64,000 bases of DNA from Macrostomum hystrix (taxonomy: Eukaryota > Animalia > Platyhelminthes), in contig CATNEN010000001.1 of NCBI GenBank assembly GCA_950097015.1, positions 4,340,001 through 4,404,000 of the forward strand, written 5' to 3'. Positions 36,160 through 49,700 of this stretch are shown here, in pieces. The position numbers and the translations under genes were made by a program. Position 1 is the stretch's first letter; each line of letters opens with the position of its first letter. The notes under the pieces are model-generated. The model was not told where the DNA came from and made no database searches. It saw nothing but the letters and a program-made list of their open reading frames with translations.

Positions 36160-36900
36160 CAAGACTCAAAATTGTTTTTAAAACGACTCAAGTGACTCAA
36201 ATTATTAAAAAAAAGACTCAAAATATTTTAAAAGGACTCAAAAGATTCTACAAGAACTCAAAGGATTTAAAAAGGACTCAAAGGATTTAAAAAGGACTCA
36301 AAGGATTTAAAAAGGACTCAAAGGATTTAAAAAGGACTCAAAGGATTTAAAAAGTACTCAAACTATTCTAAAAGAACTCAAATTATTTAAAAAGTACTCA
36401 AAAGATTCTAAAAGAACTCAAAGTATTTAAAAAGTACTCAAACTATTCTAAAAGAACTCAAATTATTTAAAAAGTACTCAAACTATTCTAAAAGAACTCA
36501 AATTATTTAAAAAGTACTCAAACTATTCTAAAAGAACTCAAATTATTTAAAAAGTACTCAAAAAAAGAACTCAAATTATTTTAAAAGGACTCAAAATTTT
36601 CTAGAAAAACTCAAAGGATTTAAAAAGGACTCAAAGGTTTTAAATGGGACTCAAAAGATTCTACAAGAACTCAAATGATTTTAAAGGGACTCAACAAATT
36701 ATTTTAAAACTACTTATATGATTCGAAAACTACTCAAACGATTGTAAAATGACTCAATCGATCTTAGGATGACTCAAAGACAGTTGAATCAAGGGTGTGT
36801 AGAAGAATTATAAGACGACTCAAATCATTCTAAAACTACTCAACTGGTTCTAAAATGACTAAAATAATTCCAAACAAGGCTCTACAGATTCTAAAACGTC
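36160..36900. repeat. 20-bp A-rich minisatellite (aaaggactcaaaggatttaa) downstream of the SLC2A stop
   Basis: Tandem copies with degenerate flanks. Confidence 0.9.
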
Positions 36901-38161
36901 TAAACTACTTTTTCATCGGATGTACTGCTATAGTCTATAAAATTATATTGTGATATTTCATTATTTAAGCCTAATATTATTTAGTCACATGTTTTGAATT
37001 CTCAGTTCTAAATACTACAAAAATGTTGTTTGTGTTACTCTGAAATCTCGAAATTATACAATGGCCGTTTATTTAACGCAGCTAAATTTGTTCGTATTTT
37101 TCTACTACCACTACTAGCCTTAGCAGTAGTATATACTAGCATAGTAGTAGTAGTGGTGGAGTTTTGCAGGTAAACTTTTAATTGCATTGTTTCGTTATTG
37201 TTAGAGTTTTAGTTAATCGTATTAAATTTTTTTACATTGAATATGACATTTTGTACCTCAAAGCGTAAGACAAAATGACAGGTAAAATCCACCTATTTGC
37301 TCTTAAGAATCACTTTTTTCATAGTTCTTTTTGCAATCAATACTCATCATCATAGACCAAATGATTCTTAAAAACGCCGAAAAATGCAAACAAATATAAT
37401 CTCAACATTTTCTAGGTTTACAAATGAACTTTCTCTAGCTAAGTGGCTGTCTGTGTGTGTGTTTTTGTTTGTTTCTTAAAATTTCTAAGTAAAAATATGT
37501 TCTTTTTGGCCATTCGTTAAAGACTTTTGGCAATTAATACTATCTTGTGCGTAGTAACTGCTCAATTCCCTCTTTTTCTTCAATTTATTTTGTTCAAATG
37601 CGAGTTTTCAAGACTTTTTATATATTTTTTTAAAAAATTTAAACGCTTTTTGATGGCCTAGATTAAAATGTAGAATAAAAGTTTTTTTATTTCATTATTT
37701 ACAGTTTAAGCTTTCGCTTTAGTAATTATCCCTATCAGATGGGGTATTGAGTATTGGATAATGGGTTGGGTATTTATCCATTCGGTTTAATCAGTTTAAT
37801 AAAAAAGTTATTCTACATTTGATCTATTGGATTATTTGAAATTTCGTGCGGTACATTAGCGTAAATATTTCATACGGTAATAAATGTCTCAATATCTCTT
37901 ACGTAACAGTTTTCCCCATATTCGCTGTTAGGCTAGTCCTACTTTCCTGTACTTGCAGTAGTGTGTGCCCTATGACATACTCAATCGTACACAACGGTAA
38001 ACAAGCTCAACATTTTATATATGCATCCAGTTGTTCATCATTTAATCTCTATTTCTATTTTTCATTGTAACATTATCTGTGGTATTTTTATATATTATTG
38101 TCTACTTTTCGTTTTTAACTTTTTTCAGGGTTTGATCGTTTGATCGTTATGTTGGATCAAG

Positions 38162-38555
38162 ACCTCCGCCACCTCACTCTCTGCCCTCTCACCCTCTGCC
38201 CCCTTACCCTCCACCGCATCACGCTATGCCCCCTTACCCTCCGCCACCTCACCCTCCGCCACCTCACACTCTGCCCCATCCTCCGCCACCTCACACTCTG
38301 CCCCATCCTCCGCCACCTCACCCTCCGCCCCTCATCCTCCGTCACCTCACCCTCCGCCACCTCACTCTCTGCCCCCTCATCCTCCGCCAACTCACCCTCC
38401 GCCACCTCACCCTTCGCCCCTCATCCTCCGCCACCACACCCTCCGCCCCCTCATCCTCCGCCACATCAACCTCCGCCACCTCACCCTCCGACACCTCAAC
38501 CTCCGCCCCTCCTCCTCCGCCACCTCAACCTCCGCCACCTCACCCTCTGCGCCCC
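38162..38555. repeat. C-rich ~15/27-bp repeat (ctccgccacctcacc)
   Basis: Tandem; explains the Pro/His-rich spurious ORFs. Confidence 0.9.
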
Positions 38556-39716
38556 TCGCATTCCCTGTGTAACTCCAGTTTATGCCATTCGCGACACAAA
38601 TGACACTGGACATTGTAACAGCGGTGTACAGACTTGCTCACTCGAACAAATTCAAAGGCTTGAATACTCAGTCTAACCCCCTTTTTTAACTATTTGTCAT
38701 TGTAGCTAACAAAATTTTATAATTTTTCTTTAATCTCTGGATCTCATCGTGTATTGAAAAAATCTCATCTACTGTCCTTGGTATTTGTGTTTTTCTCTAT
38801 ACGGCAAAGTTTCTTGCTGTCTTAAAAAGAGCATTGCAAGTATTATGTCTTAGTGAATTACATATTTTGTGTCCTATATAGCTGTTTAGCATTGTGGTCT
38901 AGATGCTCAATTGATAGATGTTTTGCAGTCATAAATTGTAAATAAAGTAATAGTATTCTATGTTATTCTATTATCTACTGTGACCTAATCGCTTTGACAA
39001 AAACAAAAAAATAAATAAATAAATAAATGCATTGTTATCTTGCCATCTGTGTACGTACGTCGCCGGCCCCTATAGTACTAGTGTATTCGAGATGCTCCTT
39101 AGTAATGCGCCTAATTACTAGTTTTTGTTACTAAATATACATTTTAGTAGTATAACTCGGTGGTAAATGATATTTCTTAATCTGCCTAGTTAGATATAGA
39201 AATAGATTTTCTGTGTCTCTCTACATTTTATAAACCTATTACCTACAATAGACACCACAATCGCTTTGTTTTGTTGTTTCCTTTTGTTATAGCTGTTCTC
39301 ATTGTTTAGATTGATTAGTTTCTTCAATTTTGTGTTAGTTATATTCTGTGCGTAAATTGTTAGTTGTAATTGGCGCACTGATTTTTAGCTATTCGATGGA
39401 TTTATAAAAATATAATCCTACTAGTGAAATATTTGCACCTTAATGCTGTCTACTTTGTCTTAATTGTTTTTATGCATATTTTAAAACAAACGAGTCATTT
39501 ATTGCAAGATCTACACTAAAGTCCTAGTATTTCACCTAGAATGTCGGTGGGAGATGTACGCAGCTGTGTGTTCTGCTCAGGACAGACAGGACGGATTAAT
39601 GTTTTTAATTAATTACTTGTGTACAAGTGTCTATGGTCAAAACCGATATATTTCTGTTGGAATAAACACAGGTACTATACTAGATGCTATACAGATATGC
39701 TAGATATCTAGTATCT

Positions 39717-39988
39717 AGGGTGTGAGTGGCGGAGCAGTTAACGCGTTTGCCTCTCCCACCAAGGTCCCTGAGTTCCCTGATTTACGCCCTTGAAGGCCAA
39801 CCTCAGTGAAGGTTTACACTGCCTAACAATGAGAAAGTCAGGGCAGATGTACACACCTGTGTGAGTGTGTGCTCAGGAGTCAGCGAAATGGGTAGAATTG
39901 CCTCGCCGGATTCGAGTCTAGTCACTGATTGATGTGCCATTATAACCTTCAGCTCTCCCGCAATTATATTATTATTATTATTATTATA
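39717..39988 (+). mobile_element. SINE family A copy with internal deletions
   Basis: gagtggcggagcagttaacgcgtttgcctctc head; ctcaggagtcagcgaaatggg 3' domain; (ATT)n tail. Confidence 0.8.
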
Positions 39989-40002
39989 CAGGCTAGCTTA
40001 AG

Positions 40003-40345
40003 TGGGTCGGTGGCAGAGCGGTTAACGCGTTTGCCTCTCGCACCGAGGTCCCTAAGTTCGATTCCACGGCGAGGCCACATTCATTTGGGGCGCAGCCGCG
40101 GAGAGAAGGCTTGTGGGCTTGTCGTGCAATTTACGCCCTTGAGGGCCAACCTCCAAGGCACAGTGAGTGTACACTGCCTGACGATGAGAAAGTCAGGGCA
40201 GATGTACACACCTGTGTGAGCGTGTGCCTGCGTACGGTATCTGTGTGCGTGTGTGCTCAGGAGTCAGCGAGATGGGCAGAATTGCCTCCTCGCTGGCTAC
40301 GGGTCTATTGTTACCAAATGATGGGCCATTGCCTATAGCAACTAC
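40003..40345 (+). mobile_element. SINE family A, near full length, immediately upstream of COPS3
   Basis: A box tggcagagcgg and B box agttcgattcc; related copies at 4725-5020, 39717-39988 and 62935-63262. Confidence 0.88.
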
Positions 40346-40381
40346 CTTATTGCATTGAATTCCAGCTATTCAACTTACAAC

Positions 40382-43300
40382 ATGTCCCTAGAAGAATGGA
40401 TAGTAACTATGCGACAGTTGCTCGGTGCGCAACCTGTTGACGTAGCGGCAGTCTGCAGTCAGGTTAATGCCTCGCTAGACCTTCTAGTTGCCCAACCGTT
40501 GGAGCATTTGAACACCGCCTTGGAGACTTTCGATATTCAGCATCACAGCGCGGCCGTTCTGTGCATCCTGCGAGCTAAACTGCAACTGTTAGCCCAGACG
40601 ACTAACTCGTCAATATTAGATCCGATTGTAGAACAAACTCGTCACTTTCTCACCAACTTCAATGGTGAACAGATTCGAGTACTGGCAATTCAGTTCAATG
40701 ATCTTTGTCATCGATTCTGCCGACTGTTGGTGTCGCGTCAGGAGGCTATTCAGGGCGTTGGCCCCATGCTCAGGGCTGTGCTCACACTGCAGAGACACGA
40801 AGCGGAACTCACTGGCATTCATTGCGATCTGTGCGAACTCTGCCTGTCTTCTAAGTTAGTCAATTCGCTTTTAATTGTTTTGGGATTTCTCTTCTAGCCT
40901 AGGCTTTTATTGTTTTGGGATTTCCCTTCTACCCTAGGCTTTTATTGCTTGGGATTTCCCTTCTAGCCTAGGCTTTTATTGTTTGGGATTTCCCTTCTAG
41001 CCTAGGCTTTTATTGTTTGGGATTTCCCTTTTAGCCTAAACTCTTTTTGTTTGGGATTTCCCTTCTAGCCTAGGCTTTTATTGTTTTGGGATTTCCCTTC
41101 TAGCCTAGGCTTTTATTGTTTCGGGATTTCCCTTCTAGCCTAGGCTTTTATTGTTTCGGGATTTCCCTTCTAGCCTAGGCTTTTATTGTTTCGGGATTTC
41201 CCTTCTAGCCTAGGCTTTTATTGTTTCGGGATTTCCCTTCTAGCCTAGGCTTTTATTATTTTGGGATTTCCCTTCTAGCCTAGGCTTTTATTGTTTGGGA
41301 TTTCCCTTCTAGCCTAGGCTTTTATTGTTTTGGGATATCCCTTCTACCTAGGCTTTTATTGTTTTGGGATATCCCTTCTAGCCTAGGCTTTTATTGTTTG
41401 GGATTTCCCTTCTAGCCTAGGCTTTTACTGTTTCGGGATTTCCCTTCTAGCCTAGGCTTTTATTGTTTCGGGATTTCCCTTCTAGCCTAGGCTTTTATTG
41501 TTTTGGGATTTCCATTCTAGCCTAGGCTTTTATTGTTTTGGGATTTCCATTCTAGCCTAGGCTTTTATTGTTTTGGGATTTCCCTTCTAGCCTAGGCTTT
41601 TATAGTTTCGGGATTTCCCTTCTAGCCTAGGCTTTTACTGTTTCGGGATTTCCCTTCTAGCCTAGGCTTTCATTGTTTCGGGATTTCCCTTCTAGCCTAG
41701 GCTTTTATTGTTTGGGATTTCCCTTCTAGCCTAGGCTTTTATTGTTTTAGGATTTCTCTTCTAGCCTAGGCTTTTATTGTTTTAGGATTTCCCTTCTAGC
41801 CTAGGCTTTTATTGTTTTAGGATTTCCATTCTAGCCTAGGCTTTTATTGTTTGGGATTTCCCTTCTAGCCTAGGCTTTTATTGTTTCGGGATTTCCCTTC
41901 TTGCCTAGGCTTTTACTGTTTCGGGATTTCCCTTCTAGCCTAGGCTTTTATTGTTTGGGATTTCCCTTCTAGTCTAGGCTTTTATTGTTTTGGATTTCCC
42001 TTCTAGCCTAGGCTTTTATTGTTTTAGGATTTCCCTTCTAGTCTAGGCTTTTATTGTTCTGGGATTTCCCTTAATTTAGCAGAAATATTTTTCCTCAATT
42101 TTAGATGCCTTAAGCCAGCGCTCCAAGTGCTGGACGTTGACATCAGCGACGTTCGATCAGCGGTTGATTGTCGAGAATACCTGCTATATTATTACTACGC
42201 CGGCATGATCTACCTGGCTCTAAAGCAATACGACCGAGCCTTCCTAATGCTAGAGAATGCCATCTCGCTGCCAGCCACCCTAGTTAGCGCTATCATGCTC
42301 GAGGCCTACAAGAAATGGCTGCTAGTCGGCCTATTGTGCGTCGGCAGAAAGCCGCAACCGCCGAAATTCACTTCCACAAATCAGCTGGTGCGAATGCAGT
42401 TCGTTGGCAATTGTCAGGTGAGATTGAGCTTGACTTATGAAACTCTATTTCATCTGTTCGTTTGTATCGTATCTTTGCTAAAACCAATTGTCTAGCTTCC
42501 GGTTTTCTTCTTCCAGCTTCCGTTTTTCTTCTTCCAGCTTCCGGTCTTCTTTTTCCAGCTTCCAGTTTCCTTCTTCCAGCTTCCGGTTTCCTTATAGCTT
42601 CCGGTTTCCTTCTTCTTGCTTCCGGCGTCCTTCTTTTAGCTTCCGGTTTTCTTCTTCCAGCTTCTGGTTTCCTTATAGCTTCCGGTGTCCTTCTTCTAGC
42701 TTTTGGTTTCCTTCTTCTTGCTTCCGGTTCCAATCTTCTAGCTTCCTAATACAATCTTCTAGCTTCCTAATACAATCTTCTAGCTTCCTAATACAATCTT
42801 CTAGCTTCCTAATACAATCTTCTAGCTTCCTAATACAATCTTCTAGCTTCCGGACTATATCTTCCATCGTTTTGCCATCAGGTTATAGTTTTAAGATTCT
42901 GTGTTTAGGCTTTCAGCTTCCAGTCATTTTTTTATCATAATTCGAACCCCCGACTGCCATCCGGTTCCGCCAGGCCTACATGGAGCTGGTTGACGCGTTC
43001 GACAAGCGCACGCCAGCCGAGCTGCGGGATCTGGTCAATCGGCATGAGTCTCAGTACAGAACTGACCGCAACTGGGGCCTAGTTAAACAGGCTTTGGCTA
43101 GCCGAATAAAGCAGAATATTCTACACTTAACAAAGACTTTCATCACGCTGTCTTTGTCTGATCTAGCCAATCGTGCGGCCGCTTCCTCCCCGGCCGATGC
43201 CGAGCGCTACCTGTTGGAACTCATCGACGAGAAGAAGATCTTTGCCAGCATAGATCAGGCCAGACAGGTCGTGACATTCAGAGACAATCCCGAACAATAT

Positions 43301-43495
43301 GCCTCCGCCGCCATGCTGAATACTGTGGAATCTGAGACCAGACAGATTATGTCCACGGACAGGACTTTGAGTCAACTGGTTGACAAGATTCGATCCTCGC
43401 ACGCCTACGCAACTAAATTGGCTGCCAGAGAGAATCAGCAACAGCAGCAGCAGCAGCAGCAGAAGGCAATTGGAGGAGTCGGACTAATGTACTGA
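40382..43495 (+). CDS. COPS3: COP9 signalosome subunit 3, 3 exons, ~435 aa
   Basis: Exons 40382-40854, 42105-42417, 42974-43495. MSLEEWIVTMRQL, LTGIHCDLCELCLSSKCLKPAL, LLYYYYAGMIY, VSAIMLEAYKKWLLV, DRNWGLVKQ, NILHLTKTFITLSLSD and IFASIDQ match the CSN3 PCI domain. Confidence 0.95.
40870..42075. repeat. 35-bp minisatellite (tagcctaggcttttattgtttcgggatttcccttc) filling COPS3 intron 1
   Basis: About 34 copies occupying almost all of the 1.25-kb intron. Confidence 0.95.
42490..42860. repeat. 21-bp pyrimidine-rich repeats (tagcttccggttttcttcttc / tagcttcctaatacaatcttc), COPS3 intron 2
   Basis: Tandem copies. Confidence 0.9.
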
Positions 43496-43741
43496 CTAAA
43501 TGCCCGTGTTTGAGAAATCTTTTGCTTGACGTTTAACGTTTCTTTCTGATTATTAAATTAATATCAATTCAGCAAAATTCAATAAGCTTAGTTAAGTATG
43601 CACAAATCTGTTCACAGTAAGTCGTTTACTAAGCAATTTAAAAACGTATGACATCGCTTAAAATAATTTGCAATTATGTTCGTTTTTTAAGTATCAGAGT
43701 TCTAAATTTTACTTTTTTGTTTAGAATATTATCCAACACGA

Positions 43742-46700
43742 ACTGATCAAACAGTTTAGGCTTGTGGATTCGTGGATTGGATCAAACAGTTTAGGTTTGT
43801 GGATTGGATCATGCAGTACAGGTTTGTGGATTGGATCATGCAGTACAGGTTTTTGGATTGGATCAAACAGTTTAGGTTTGTGGATTGGATCATGCAGTTT
43901 AGGTTTGTGGATTGGATCAAACAGTTTAGGTTTGTGGATTGGATCATGCAGTTTAGGTTTGTGGATTGGATCAAACAGTTTAGGTTTGTGGATTGGATCA
44001 AACAGTTTAGGTTTGTGGATTGGATCATGCAGTTTAGGTTTGTGGATTGGATCAAACAGTTTAGGTTTGTGGATTGGATCAAACAGTTTAGGTTTGTGGA
44101 TTGGATCATGCAGTTTAGGTTTGTGGATTGGATCATGCAGTACAGGTTTGTGGATTGAATCATGCAGTACAGGTTTGTGGATTCGTGGATTGGATCAAAC
44201 AGTTTAGGTTTGTAGATTCGTGGATTGGATCAAACAGTTTAGGCTTGTGGATTGGATCAAACAGTTTAGGCTTGTGGATTGGATCAAACAGTTTAGGCTT
44301 GTAGATTCGTGGATTGGATCAAACAGTTTAGGCTTGTAGATTCGTGGATTGGATCAAACAGTTTAGGCTTGTGGATTCGTGGATTGGATCAAACAGTTTA
44401 GGTTTGTGGATTCGTGGATTGGATCAAACAGTTTAGGCTTGTAGATTCGTGGATTGGATCAAACAGTTTAGGCTTGTAGATTCGTGGATTGGATCAAACA
44501 GTTTAGGCTTGTGGATTCGTGGATTGGATCAAACAGTTTAGGCTTGTAGATTCGTGGATTGGATCAAACAGTTTAGGCTTGTAGATTCGTGGATTGGATC
44601 AAACAGTTTAGGCTTGTAGATTCGTGGATTGGATCAAACAGTTTAGGCTTGTAGATTCGTGGATTGGATCAAACAGTTTAGGCTTGTGGATTCGTGGATT
44701 GGATCAAACAGTTTAGGCTTGTGGATTCGTGGATTGGATCAAACAGTTTAGGTTTGTAGATTCGTGGATTGGATCAAACAGTTTAGGCTTGTAGATTCGT
44801 GGATTGGATCAAACAGTTTAGGTTTGTGGATTCGTGGATTGGATCAAACAGTTTAGGCTTGTGGATTCGTGGATTGGATCAAACAGTTTAGGCTTGTAGA
44901 TTCGTGGATTGGATCAAACAGTTTAGGCTTGTAGATTCGTGGATTGGATCAAACAGTTTAGGCTTGTAGATTCGTGGATTGGATCAAACAGTTTAGGCTT
45001 GTAGATTCGTGGATTGGATCAAACAGTTTAGGCTTGTAGATTCGTGGATTGGATCAAACAGTTTAGGTTTGTAGATTCGTGGATTGGATCAAACAGTTTA
45101 GGCTTGTAGATTCGTGGATTGGATCAAACAGTTTAGGCTTGTGGATTCGTGGATTGGATCAAACAGTTTAGGCTTGTAGATTCGTGGATTGGATCAAACA
45201 GTTTAGGCTTGTAGATTCGTGGATTGGATCAAACAGTTTAGGCTTGTGGATTCGTGGATTGGATCAAACAGTTTAGGTTTGTGGATTCGTGGATTGGATC
45301 AAACAGTTTAGGCTTGTAGATTCGTGGATTGGATCAAACAGTTTAGGTTTGTAGATTCGTGGATTGGATCAAACAGTTTAGGCTTGTAGATTCGTGGATT
45401 GGATCAAACAGTTTAGGCTTGTGGATTCGTGGATTGGATCAAACAGTTTAGGCTTGTAGATTCGTGGATTGGATCAAACAGTTTAGGCTTGTGGATTCGG
45501 GGATTGGATCAAACAGTTTAGGCTTGTAGATTCGTGGATTGGATCAAACAGTTTAGGCTTGTGGATTCGTGGATTGGATCAAACAGTTTAGGCTTGTGGA
45601 TTCGTAGAATGGATCAAACAGTTTAGGTTTGTAGATTCGTGGATTGGATCAAACAGTTTAGGTTTGTAGATTCGTGGATTGGATCAAACAGTTTAGGCTT
45701 GTAGATTCGTGGATTGGATCAAACAGTTTAGGCTTGTGGATTCGTGGATTGGATCAAACAGTTTAGGCTTGTGGATTCGTAGAATGGATCAAACAGTTTA
45801 GGCTTGTAGATTCGTGGATTGGATCAAACAGTTTAGGTTTGTAGATTCGTGGATTGGATCAAACAGTTTAGGCTTGTAGATTCGTGGATTGGATCAAACA
45901 GTTTAGGTTTGTGGATTCGTGGATTGGATCAAACAGTTTAGGCTTGTGGATTCGTGGATTGGATCAAACAGTTTAGGCTTGTGGATTCGTGGATTGGATC
46001 AAACAGTATAGGCTTGTGGATTCGTGGATTGGATCAAACAGTTTAGGTTTGTGGATTCGTGGATTGGATCAAACAGTTTAGGCTTGTAGATTCGTGGATT
46101 GGATCAAACAGTTTAGGTTTGTGGATTCGTGGATTGGATCAAACAGTTTAGGCTTGTGGATTCGTGGATTGGATCAAACAGTTTAGGCTTGTAGATTCGT
46201 GGATTGGATCAAACAGTTTAGGCTTGTGGATTCGTGGATTGGATCAAACAGTATAGGCTTGTGGATTCGTGGATTGGATCAAACAGTTTAGGTTTGTGGA
46301 TTCGTGGATTGGATCAAACAGTTTAGGCTTGTAGATTCGTGGATTGGATCAAACAGTTTAGGTTTGTGGATTCGTGGATTGGATCAAACAGTTTAGGCTT
46401 GTGGATTCGTGGATTGGATCAAACAGTTTAGGCTTGTAGATTCGTGGATTGGATCAAACAGTTTAGGCTTGTAGATTCGTGGATTGGATCAAACAGTTTA
46501 GGCTTGTAGATTCGTGGATTGGATCAAACAGTTTAGGCTTGTAGATTCGTGGATTGGATCAAACAGTTTAGGCTTGTAGATTCGTGGATTGGATCAAACA
46601 GTTTAGGTTTGTAGATTCGTGGATTGGATCAAACAGTTTAGGCTTGTAGATTCGTGGATTGGATCAAACAGTTTAGGCTTGTGGATTCGTGGATTGGATC

Positions 46701-48501
46701 AAACAGTTTAGGCTTGTAGATTCGTGGATTGGATCAAACAGTTTAGGCTTGTGGATTCGTGGATTGGATCAAACAGTTTAGGCTTGTGGATTCGTGGATT
46801 GGATCAAACAGTTTAGGTTTGTGGATTCGTGGATTGGATCAAACAGTTTAGGCTTGTAGATTCGTGGATTGGATCAAACAGTTTAGGTTTGTAGATTCGT
46901 GGATTGGATCAAACAGTTTAGGCTTGTAGATTCGTGGATTGGATCAAACAGTTTAGGCTTGTGGATTCGTGGATTGGATCAAACAGTTTAGGCTTGTAGA
47001 TTCGTGGATTGGATCAAACAGTTTAGGTTTGTAGATTCGTGGATTGGATCAAACAGTTTAGGCTTGTGGATTCGTGGATTGGATCAAACAGTTTAGGCTT
47101 GTGGATTCGTGGATTGGATCAAACAGTTTAGGCTTGTGGATTCGTGGATTGGATCAAACAGTTTAGGTTTGTGGATTCGTGGATTGGATCAAACAGTTTA
47201 GGCTTGTAGATTCGTGGATTGGATCAAACAGTTTAGGTTTGTAGATTCGTGGATTGGATCAAACAGTTTAGGCTTGTAGATTCGTGGATTGGATCAAACA
47301 GTTTAGGCTTGTGGATTCGTAGAATGGATCAAACAGTTTAGGCTTGTAGATTCGTGGATTGGATCAAACAGTTTAGGTTTGTAGATTCGTGGATTGGATC
47401 AAACAGTTTAGGCTTGTAGATTCGTGGATTGGATCAAACAGTTTAGGTTTGTGGATTCGTGGATTGGATCAAACAGTTTAGGCTTGTAGATTCGTGGATT
47501 GGATCAAACAGTTTAGGCTTGTGGATTCGTGGATTGGATCAAACAGTATAGGCTTGTGGATTCGTGGATTGGATCAAACAGTTTAGGTTTGTGGATTCGT
47601 GGATTGGATCAAACAGTTTAGGTTTGTGGATTCGTGGATTGGATCAAACAGTTTAGGCTTGTAGATTCGTGGATTGGATCAAACAGTTTAGGTTTGTGGA
47701 TTCGTGGATTGGATCAAACAGTTTAGGTTTGTGGATTCGTGGATTGGATCAAACAGTTTAGGTTTGTGGATTCGTGGATTGGATCAAACAGTTTAGGCTT
47801 GTAGATTCGTGGATTGGATCAAACAGTTTAGGCTTGTAGATTCGTGGATTGGATCAAACAGTTTAGGTTTGTGGATTCGTGGATTGGATCAAACAGTTTA
47901 GGCTTGTGGATTCGTGGATTGGATCAAACAGTTTAGGCTTGTGGATTCGTGGATTGGATCAAACAGTTTAGGCTTGTAGATTCGTGGATTGGATCAAACA
48001 GTTTAGGTTTGTGGATTCGTGGATTGGATCAAACAGTTTAGGCTTGTGGATTCGTGGATTGGATCAAACAGTTTAGGCTTGTGGATTCGTGGATTGGATC
48101 AAACAGTTTAGGCTTGTGGATTCGTGGATTGGATCAAACAGTTTATGCTTGTGGATTCGTGGATTGGATCAAACAGTTTAGGCTTGTGGATTCGTGGATT
48201 GGATCAAACAGTTTAGGTTTGTGGATTCGTGGATTGGATCAAACAGTTTAGGCTTGTAGATTCGTGGATTGGATCAAACAGTTTAGGCTTGTGGATTCGT
48301 GGATTGGATCAAACAGTATAGGCTTGTGGATTCGTGGATTGGATCAAACAGTTTAGGTTTGTGGATTCGTGGATTGGATCAAACAGTTTAGGCTTGTAGA
48401 TTCGTGGATTGGATCAAACAGTTTAGGCTTGTGGATTCGTGGATTGGATCAAACAGTTTAGGCTTGTGGATTCGTGGATTGGATCAAACAGTTTAGGCTT
48501 G
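43742..48501. repeat. 4.8-kb satellite: 35-bp unit ttcgtggattggatcaaacagtttaggcttgtgga, preceded by a 27-bp variant block (43790-44180)
   Basis: Well over 100 near-identical units. Confidence 0.97.
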
Positions 48502-48522
48502 TTTTCGTCATTTTTCAACACT

Positions 48523-48670
48523 CACATGTATCCACACATTTGCAGCTGCAGCAGAGCATTGTCTAACGCTCTCAGCAATCATTGTCACGTGATCAATTGT
48601 CACAGCTGTCATGCCAGAACAGCGTGATCGACCACCGCCTGATTTCACATGGACTCGCAACTTCATTCAC
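48523..48670 (+). promoter_or_regulatory. E-box (CANNTG) cluster, probable promoter of the His-rich peptide gene
   Basis: Seven E-boxes in 129 bp: cacatg 48523, catttg 48537, cagctg 48543, cacgtg 48586, caattg 48594, cagctg 48603, cacatg 48646. Inr-like tcattc at ~48663; donor ag|gtatat at 48729. Confidence 0.5.
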
Positions 48671-49017
48671 GGAATCGAGTGGAGTGAGAACGATTCGGTT
48701 TTGTGTTTTTATACTGTTTCTTCATTAGGTATATGAGGTGCTCAAACAGGTGTTTAAGGTTTTTTTAGCAAACATGTTTTTGTTCATTTTCAGAATAAAC
48801 ACAGGGGGTATTTACAATACTACCACTCAAATACTACTCCACCATAGCTCCCCAACCGAATGACCGAAAGTCTATTGAATCAAAATTATCCGCTCTTTTC
48901 GATGAACTAACTTTCAAGGCCGTCCATACTGGTTTAAAATCGAAAAATTTATAATTTAATCAATCCAAAATGATAGTCGACATGGTAACATCATACAGAA
49001 AAATAACGGTTAAGGAT

Positions 49018-49611
49018 AAGGGGCGAGTGGGTCAGCGGCTAACGTCGCTGCCTCGCACTCCAAAGGACGCTAGTTCGATTCACCCTTCAAGTCACGATTA
49101 ATTTCGGGACTTGTTTGGGGGTTTGGACAGTAGCGACCGGCGGAGGTGCACCATATTTCGTGCAATCAAAGCTTGAAATAATAGCTTCGCTCCTACCTTC
49201 TGTGTGCCTGTTCTGCGTTGTGTGAGTTGTGTGCGTTGGCGCTTGGGCGTTAGACCTTGCGGGGGGTGGCTGGAGGGCGGGTGTACACCGCCGCGCGCTC
49301 CCTGGAGTTCCGTCAGCGTGATTGGATAAGTGTGCACTCATCACCCGGCCCCCTGAGGACTGATTTCTTATCAGCCTTCCGCCCCGGCTTGGGTCTGCTA
49401 TGTGCGTGTGGGGCTGGGGTGGGGGGCACTGCTGCCTATTCTGGGTGCCTCCTGCCCTCCCCGGCTGGTCTGTGCTGCTGTGTGTGGTGCCTGCTCAGGG
49501 GAGGCGGCGCGATGGGCGCTAAAGCGCCTAGTTCGCCGGTCTGGGGGCGTGCCGCTCCGTCGCTTGTGCGACAAGTGCCCCGGGCCCCCCTGAAGATAGA
49601 TAGATAGACAG
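49018..49611 (+). mobile_element. tRNA-derived SINE family C (~590 bp)
   Basis: 13-bp TSD aacggttaaggat at 49005-49017 and 49612-49624; A box tgggtcagcgg and B box agttcgattc; (GATA)n tail. Confidence 0.88.
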
Positions 49612-49700
49612 AACGGTTAAGGATCTTTGTATCGGGGTCCCTCTTATCGTGCTTATTTCAACCTAGCATAATTGCGTACAATTTTTTTCCAGGAAATCCG

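Noticed and set aside
40170-40205. Hammerhead-like CUGACGA...GAAA-GUC in SINE A
   Set aside because: No stems II/III; folds as a simple hairpin ctgcc-tgac/gtca-g-ggcag; not conserved in other copies
40280-40300. GCCTCCTCGCTGGC matching the HDV ribozyme P3/L3 sequence
   Set aside because: No compatible P1/P1.1/P2; better explained by the covarying P2 stem shared with the LINE 3' UTR
43742-48501. CRISPR-like array (35-bp repeats; also the 32-35-bp arrays at 24.3 and 41 kb)
   Set aside because: Head-to-tail tandem units without unique spacers, no cas genes, eukaryotic context
48790-48990. Coding exon upstream of the His-rich ORF
   Set aside because: Stops in the frame needed to join the 49693 exon; looks like a repeat remnant
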